A stretch of 64,000 nucleotides of DNA from Acetobacteraceae bacterium (GTDB taxonomy: Bacteria > Pseudomonadota > Alphaproteobacteria > Acetobacterales > Acetobacteraceae), in NCBI GenBank assembly GCA_049522565.1, contig JBEKNT010000001.1, positions 677 through 64,676 on the forward strand, read 5' to 3'. The notes under the pieces were generated by a model. The model made no database searches and had not been told where the DNA came from. It saw nothing but the letters and a program-made list of their open reading frames with translations. Within the stretch, counting starts at the first letter, position 1; every line of letters begins with the position of its first letter. This document shows positions 38,801 to 47,800 of this stretch, piece by piece. The translations under genes and the position numbers were made by a program.

Positions 38801-41800
38801 CGCGAACCAATTACGGGATCAGCGCCGCGGTGTCGCTCAACACGAGCGAAGACGTCGTGTCAGCCGAGATCGGCGACAGCACGGTCACCACGGACAGCGG
38901 CGGCATCCAGGTCGTCGCGGTGGGCACCGGGAACATGAGCTCGCTGGCGGCCGGCGTCGCGCAGGGGAAGAACCTCGCCGGCGGCGTGGGTGCGCCCGTG
39001 GACACGCTCGGCATGCTCATCCTGGCGGACGTGACCAAAGGCAGCGTGTTGACCACCGGTGCGGGCGTTACCGTGACCGCGACCGGCAACGGCACGATCA
39101 TGACGCTGGCGGGTGGGGTCGCGATCGCCCTGAACCAGGTCGGCGTCGGCGCAGCGGTGTCGATCAACAACGCCTCGGACTCGGTCACCGCACAGATCGT
39201 CGGCAGCCAGGTCACCGCCGGCGGGGCGGTGGATGTCGAAGCGCTGTCGGATCCGACGATCGAAGCGCTTGCGTTCGGCTTCGCCTACGCCCCGACCATC
39301 GCGGTCGGCGGGTCGGTTGCGTACAGCTACATCGATGACACGACGACCGCCGAGGTGGACAACAGCGGCAAGACCGGCAGCAAGATCTACGCCGGGGACG
39401 GCGCCATCACGGTGATGGCGACCGATGCGCCGTATATCGAGGTGCTGACCGGCGCCATCGCCGCGAGCAGTGGCGAGGTGGCGGTCGCGGCCTCGGTTTC
39501 GATCAACAATGTGAACGATACGGTGACCGTCGGCGTCAATGACGCCACGCTGACCGCGCCGGTCGGGCCCATCATCGTCCAGGGTGTGGCCAGCCCGAAC
39601 ATCCTGTCCATCGCGGTCGGCGGCAGCGGCGACGAGACCTTCGCCGGTGTCGGCGCGGTGGCGGACGACAATGTCGGCAGCACGATGACGGTGACGGTGG
39701 GCACGGCGACGGCCGTGCTGACGGCGCCGGTGGTGACGGTTGACGGTGCGGACAACTCCAACATCGGATCGGCGGCGTATGGCGTCGCCGGCTCCGGTAC
39801 GGTGTCGATCGCCGGCGCGGTCGCGACCAACACCATCACCGGCGGCATGGTGGTGTCGCTCGACAGCGACGGCGTGATCGACGCGCAGGTGGCCGACGTG
39901 GAAGCGACCAATGCCGCCACCATCGAGGTGATGACGGGCGCCGCCGACGGTGCCGGCACCGCGTCGGGCGGCGCCGCGACCTCGGTCAACGCCATCACCG
40001 ACGACGCCACCAGCCAGGTGGTGGGCGGCAAGATCAACGCCGCGGATACCAGCGTGACCGCCAGCCAGACCGGCACGATCGAGGCGCTGGCGACGATCGG
40101 CAGCGGCGCGGGCACGGCGGACCTCGTCGCGTCGGTTACCACCAACAACATCTACGATGCGGCGACCGCCACCATCAGCAGTGGTGCGGTGATCAATACC
40201 GGCAGCGGCGGGTCTTTGACGCTGTCGTCCACCAATGGCGGCGACATCGAAAGCCTGTCCGGTGCGATCAACGGTGCCGGCGCGGCGGCGATCAACGGCG
40301 CGGTGGCGAACAACAACATCAGCCTGCTGACCAGCACCCCTGGCGGCGCGAACACCACGCTGGAGAATTCCACCGTCACTGGCGGCAGCGCGAATGTCGA
40401 TGCGACCGACAGTGCGACGATCCTGAGCGTCGCCATCTCCGGCGGCGGCGCCAGCACGGCGGCGGTCGGCGGGTCCGTCACCAAGGCGAACGGCAACATC
40501 ACCGCCACGGTCGCGGTCACCAACAACAAGGAGACTCTGACCGGTGCGTTGGACATTGCCGCCAGCGACAGCGGCGACATTACCACCGCGGCGGGCAACG
40601 CCGAGGGCGCCGGCACCTTTGCGGGCGGTGCGGCGATCGCCATCAACACGCTGAACAACAACGTCACCGCCACGCTCACCGGCGGCAACGCCAATGTCGG
40701 TTCGCTGTCGGTGACGGCGACCGCCAATGGCAGCCTGGGCGCGGTCGGCGCGATCGGCGGCGGCGCCGGGACCGTGGCGCTCGACGTGTCCGACACCGAG
40801 AACACCATCACCGGCAGCCTGGCTGCCGCGATCACCGGCGGAGCGGTGGTGACGGCGAATGGCGCCGTGACGGTGGGCGCGACCGATCAGAGCCAGATCG
40901 AATCGCTGTCCGGCGCGGCGGACGGTGCCGGCACGGTCGGCGGCGGCGCCGCCCGCGCGCATAACCGCATCGGCGCGGTCGCCAGCGATCCCATTGCCAG
41001 CGATCCGGGCGACGCCGACCCGGATGAACCGAGCGACGCCACGCCATCGCAGGCTGCCACCACGGCGACGATCGACGACGGATCATTTGTCGAGGGCGAG
41101 AGCGTTGCCGTGACGGCGGCGTTCACCGGCAGCATCGAGACTGCGGCGATTGCCGGCTCCGGCGCCGGGACGGCGGCGATCGCCGGTGCGCTGACCGACA
41201 ACCTGATCGGCGACCAGGTCACCAGCTCGATCTCGGGCGCCAACACCACCGTCTTCGCCGCCGGTGTCGGCCAAGGCCAGATCACGGTCAGCGCGACCGA
41301 TGGCGCGACCATCAAATCGCTCGCCGGCAGCGCGACCGGCGCCGGCGTTGTGGCGGTCGGCGTATCGGCCGCCGTCAACAAGCTGCGCAATGCGGCGGAT
41401 GCGTCGATCGACGCCGCCAATGTCTGGAGCCTGAGCGGCAGCGTCGCGGTGATCGCCAGCGAAAACGGCCTGATCGAATCCATCTCGGTGGCCGGCAGCG
41501 GCGGCGGCGACGTCGCGCTCGACGCCGCGGTCTCGTTGAACGACATCGCCGACGACATCGGCGCGACGGTGGACGACAGCGCGCTGGTGCGTGCGGCGCA
41601 GGACATCACGCTGCACGCCAGTGACGGCGGGACGATCGAATCCAGCGCCGATGGGCTCGCCATCAGCGGCGGGTTCTCCGGCGCCGGCGCGGTCGCGACC
41701 AACGAAATCGGCGACCAGATCACCGCCGGCGTCACCGATGCGACGCTGCGTGCGATCGACGATTCCGTCTTTATCCTCACCGACGACTCAGCCGGGATCG

Positions 41801-44800
41801 AGAATTTCTCGTTCGCCGCCGGCGCCGGCAGCATCGGGCTGACCGCGACGGTCTCGGTGAACGAGATCGACAACGTGCTGATGGCGGAGATCGACGCCAG
41901 CACGGTGACCGCCGGCAACGACGTCGCCCTCGATTCGACCGATAACAGCAGCATCGGCTCGATCGCGAGCCAGTTCTCCTTTGGCGTGCTGGTCGGCGCG
42001 GGCGGTGCCGCCGCCTACAACCAGATCGAGAACAGTGTCGGCGCGACGATCGACGACGGCTCGGTGGTCACCGCTTCGAGTGGCGACGTGCTGGTGGAGG
42101 CACAGGAACAGGCGACCATCCAGACGCTGGCGGCGGGCGCCGCCGGCGGTACCGTCGGCATCGGCGGTTCCGTTTCGGTCAGCATCATTGCCAACACGGT
42201 GGACGCCACGATCGCGAATGCGACCGTCACCGCCGCCGGCAATGTGGGGATCATCGCCGACGACCAGGATACCATCGACGCCTATGGCGGCGAATTGGCC
42301 GGCGGCTTTGTCGGCGCCGCCGGGTCGGTCGCCGTGGTGACGCTGGAGAGCCAGATCACCGCGTCCGTCGAGAACGCCACCGTCGCGGCCCGGGGCATCA
42401 CGCCGGCGCTGATCATGCCCGACATCGACCAGACCACGGGCGCGGCGGTGAACGGCAGCGCCGGTGGCGTCGTTGTCGCGGCGCGCGATCTGGAGAACGC
42501 CAAGGTCATTGCCGTGACCGGGGCGGGCGGTCTGGGTGCCATCGCCGGGACGGTCAGCGACGTGCACACCGCCACGGTGACGGATGCGCATATCACCGGC
42601 TCGCAGATCAACAGCGCGAGCAAGCCGGGCAGCGGCGTGACCGTACACGCCTCGCAGGCGACGATCGTCACCACGACACTGGGGGCGATTGCCGGCGGCT
42701 TCGTCGCGGTGGGTGGCGCGGTTCAGGTCACCACCATCGACAACCGCACCCAGGCCTATATCGCCGACCAGGTTACCGGCCGCGAGACTCCCGGCACCGC
42801 CACCGCGGTCTATGCCAACACGATCAACGTCTCGACCGCCACCTACGAAAATGTCAGCCCGACCACGGTCGGCGTCACGGTCGGGGCCGTCGCGATCAGC
42901 GGCTCGGTTGCCTACACCAATATCGCCAGCAGCAGCGACGCCTTCGTGCGCGACGCGCTGTTGCAGGCGAAGAACGGCGCCGCCAGCATTACGGTCGCGG
43001 CCGAAGACAACGCGTCGATCGGCACTTTCGCCGGCGACGTCTCGGCGGGCTTCGTCGGCGCCGGCGCGGCGGTCGCGGTCAGCGAGATTGGCGACACGAC
43101 GCTCGCCACGCTCGAGGGCGCACGGCTCGACGCCAACGGGGCGATCACGGTCAGCGCCAGTTCGACCGGCAACATCACCGATGTCGCGGCCGGTGCCGCG
43201 GGCGGGGCGGTCGGCATCGCCGGCGCGGTGCTGGTGGACAGCATCAGCACGGAAACCGAGGCAGCCACGGAGTCTTACGGCGGCGCGGCGACCCTGATCA
43301 ACCAGGACCCGGGCTTTGCCGGCACTCCGGGCCGCGATGGCGGCAGCTTGCAATCCGTCACCATCGAGGCGACCGGCAACGAGACGCTCGACGGGACGGC
43401 GGGCGCGGCGGCGATTGGCCTCGGTGCGGCCGGGGCCGGCATCCAGGTCGGCTCTATCGCCGACCTTGTGGCCGCCAATGTCGAGGGCGGTACCGTGATC
43501 ACCGCGGCCGGGAACGTCTCGGTCACCGCCAAGGACCAGCGCAATGCGAGCAGTGACGCGATTGCGGTTGCCGGCGGGCTGCTGGCGCTGAGCGGGGCAT
43601 TCTCGATCATCACCATCGGCGGCGCGTTCGATCCGAGCTCGGTTGCGCAGGTCAATGCCGGCGACACCGGCAGCGGCCCGACCAATGACCAGCAGCTCGT
43701 GTCGAACGCGAACAGCAGCATCGACGAGGAGCCGGCCGCCAGCGGGATCAGCACGAACCAGCAGACCACGGCCGAGGGGCCGTCGGCCACGGTCGCGCAG
43801 AACGCGGTGGGCAAGCTCAACCAGCCGGCGCCGACGGTGGGCGACAACTTGTTCGCCACGCCGACCAACGTGTCGGGCACCTTCGCGACGGTGGATTCGA
43901 CCGGCAGCGGCGGCGCGCCCCGCATCACCGCGGGCGGCAACATCGCGATCTCGGCCAGCGACGGCTTCTCCCTGAACGTCAGCGACGGATCGGGCGGCGG
44001 CGGCTTGGTCAGCCTGGGCCTGAGCGTCGGGCTGGCGACGGTCACCGACACCACCACGGCATCGGCGACCGGCGGCGCAGTACTGGCGGCGGGCGGCGAT
44101 ATCACGGTGGATGCCAACGATGCCTCGTCGTCGCTCAGCGGCGTGGGCGTGACGACCGGCAGCGTCGGCGCGATCGCGGTCGGCGGTGCCGTCGGGGATG
44201 CCACGCTGAACCTGGATGTAACGGCGGAGCTGGGGCCGGACGTGACGGTGACACGCGCCGCCGGCGTGGACATCAACACCACCCAGACCGCGAACCTGGC
44301 GGCGAACGGCTTCGACATCGCCGGCGGCCTCGCCGCGCTCGGCGATGTCACCACCAGCACCACGATCGGCGGCACGGTGGTAGCGGAAGTCGGCCAGGGC
44401 AGCGATCTGGGCAGCGCGGCGACACCGATCGGCACGCTGACCATCGCCGCCAGCGGCAGCGATATCGGCACGGCCAGCACCACGGCGGGATCGGGCGGTG
44501 TGGTCGCGGGCGAGAGCAACAGCGCGGATGCCACGGTCAACCCGGATTTCTCTGCGGTGCTGGACAGTGACACCACGAGCGATGTCGCCGGTTCGGTCGC
44601 CATCGTCGTGCAGACCAGTGGCGTGGCGACCACCTCGGCCGAGGGCGTCACCATCGGCGCCGGGGCGATCGGTTTGTCCGATGCGGAGGCGACGCTGGCG
44701 ATCGGCGACTCGGCGAGGATCGGCGACGACGCGATGCTGACCGCCGGCGGCAACGTGACCATCAGCGCGGAGCATACGACGACGGCAGACCCGTTGGGGC

Positions 44801-47800
44801 AGCCGAACGGGAGCGGCGTGACCGCGACCGCGGATTCCTCCGGTGGCGGGGCGATCTCGGGGAACGGTGCGACGGCGGGAGCCTACGACAACAGCACGGT
44901 GGCCGCGCGGGTCGGCGAGGGCTCGACCGTGGATGCCGGCGGCACGCTGGCCATTCTGGCCACCGTATCGAACAGCGCGCAGGCGAATACCAACACGCTG
45001 TCGATTGGGGTGGTCGCGATCGGCGGACAGACCGCGACGGCGAATACCGAGGGTCAGGCGACGGCGGCGCTGGGCAACGGCACCACCGTGCGCGCCTTCG
45101 GACTGGAGGTGGAAGGCGCGGCCAACGACGCCTCGGATGCGACCAGCATCGCGGCGGCGGGCGGCATCTTCGGTACTACGGTCGGTGCCGAGGCCGATAC
45201 CGACGCCTCGCCCAAGGTGACGGCGAGCATCGGCTCCAACGCCAATGTCGCTGTGCTGAGCACGGTCGATGTCCTGGCGATCGCCGAGCCGTTCACCAAT
45301 GGCCTGGCGCAGGGCTCCACCGTTTCGGGCTTCTATGCAGGCGGCTCAAGCAACGCCAACAGCTCCGGCACGCCGGACGTGGAGGCCGAGATCGAGCAAG
45401 ACAGCGTCGTCAAGGCCGGCGGGGGCGTGCAGATCCTGGCGGAGGTGCCGACGATCGGCGAGATTTCCAACGGCACGTTCGACGCGTCCAACGGGACGGT
45501 CGTCAGCCTGGCCAACAACGAGTTCTACCTCGTCTCGCCGACGCTGCTGCAAACCGGCGACCAGGTGGTTTACGAGACCGATGGCGGGAAGCCGATCGGC
45601 GGCCTGACCGACGGCCGCACCTACAGCGTGATCAACGACGGCAACGGCATCAGCCTGGGGCAGACCTTCACCGGCGCGCAGGTGAATGCGGCGACCGGCA
45701 CCATCCAGTTCGCCGCGCCGGACGGGTTCATGACCGGCGACAAGGTGGTTTACAGCGCGAACGGCGGCACGCCGATCGGCGGCCTGGTCAGCGGCGAGAC
45801 CTACTATGTGCGGGTCATCAACCCCACCACCATCAAGCTGGCGACCAGCCTGGCGGAGGCGGAACAGGTCGGTGAAAGCTTCAACCCCACGCTGATCACC
45901 GGCGGCAACCTGATCACCCTGGCCAATAACGGCTTCACCAATGGCGAGGCGGTGACCTATCGCAGCACCGGCGCTGGGGTCGCCGGGCTGGTCAACGGCG
46001 ACACCTATTTCGTGCAGCGGGTGAACGCGAACCAGTTCCGGCTGTCGGCGCTGCCCAATGGTCCGGCGCTGTCGATCAGCCCGGGCTTCTTCACCGGTGG
46101 CCAGACGCTGGGCGCCGAGGGTGTGGCGATCGACGGCGCCGGCATCACCTCGCCGCAGAGCCTGACCTTCGACCTCACCTCGCTCGGCACCGGCGTCCAG
46201 CGACTGGCGGGCGTCGGCGGTGCGGCGGCGCTGCTGCCGTTCACGCCGAACGATACCTATGATGCCACCGCCAATGCATCGGGCGGCGCACTGGTCGGCA
46301 ATGTCGGCAGCCAGACGGATACCACGATCAACGGCACGACCACGGCGGTGATCGGCTCGAACACCACGGTGCAGAGCGGCGGCGAACTCACGATCAGCGT
46401 CACGGCGCAACGCCCCAGCACTGCGGTGGCGTCCGGGATTGGCGCCGGGCTTGTGGGCCTAGGCTCCGGCAGCGTGACGACCAACGACACCGAGAACACC
46501 AGCATCACGGTGGGGGACGGCTCCAGCCTCGTTGCCGGCCAGGATGTGATGATCGACGTCGATGGCGGTGTGGACGCCAACGCCTCCTCGCAATCGAATG
46601 GCGGGGGCGCGGTCAAAGTCGCCACCTCGAACACGACGGTCACTGTCGATCCGACGACCGGTATCTTCGTCGGTCAGGGTGCGCGCATCACTGCGGCGTT
46701 CCAGGTGACGCTGGGCGCACAAGGCGAAGTCGGCGGCCTGGACCAGGCAAGTTCCGGCGGTTTCGGTTTCTTCGCCTCCGACTCCGATTCCTACACCACG
46801 GTGACGATCGGTGCGCCAGTCAATGACGGGACCGATCCGGCGGTGCTGAGCGTCCAGATCGGGGACGGCGCCAACCTGTCCGGCGGCAACATCCTGCTGA
46901 TTGCCAGCTACGACGGGCTGAACCCGCAAGTCGACACGTACGCCGACGCCACCGGCGGCACGGTGTACCCGACCGCCATATCCAGCCTGAACATGGCAAC
47001 CAACGCGCTGGTCGATGTCGGCGCCGGCGCCATCCTGAGCGCGGCCAACCAGGTAACCTTGCTGACGAACTATGGCGCCGGCGGAACGTATACCCTGAGC
47101 GCGGTAACCGACCGGACGGCCGTGGTCGGCCACCAGGATGCCGGCGTGGGCGACTTCCAGCAGCTTGCCTCCAACATCGACGTCGAGGATGGCGCCGTCA
47201 TCACGGCGCATAATCTCCAGGCCTCTGCCACGATCGGCGCGTCGGAACCGAACATCGAGGCGCTGGAGGGCGGCTACAACGGTGACGAGCAGCCAGATAA
47301 CATCCAGCAGAGCGCTACGGAAATCCGCAACATCGTGTTCGATGGCGAGGCGGTGCTGACGGCCGGGCCGAGTCCCGTGCTGGTGGTGAACGAGTTCGGC
47401 CAGATCGCCTACGAGTACGGGGTCACGGCGTCGGTCTCGGGCGGCAATATCGTGGTCAACCCGATCACCGACACCAGCCCTGGCGTCGCCACCTTCAGCT
47501 CCGATGAGGGCTCGCAGTGGATGGCCAGCGGGAACGGCGTCGAGGGCATGCAGGAAGGCTCCGTCATCAGCGGCACGGAGGGCAGCATCACCTTCGTGGA
47601 TACCTTCCCGTCGGTGACGCTGGACAACGGCTCGGCGCTGAACATGGTGGTGAACGGCATCGATCCGGTGCTGCGCACGCCGGGTGCCGCGGTCAACGTC
47701 CAGCTCGACGATACCTCGCTGTTCAGTTTCACCCTGGCCAACGTGTTCCGGCCGACCACGATCACCGTCGCCAATACCGCGCCCACGGGCATCGGCAATC

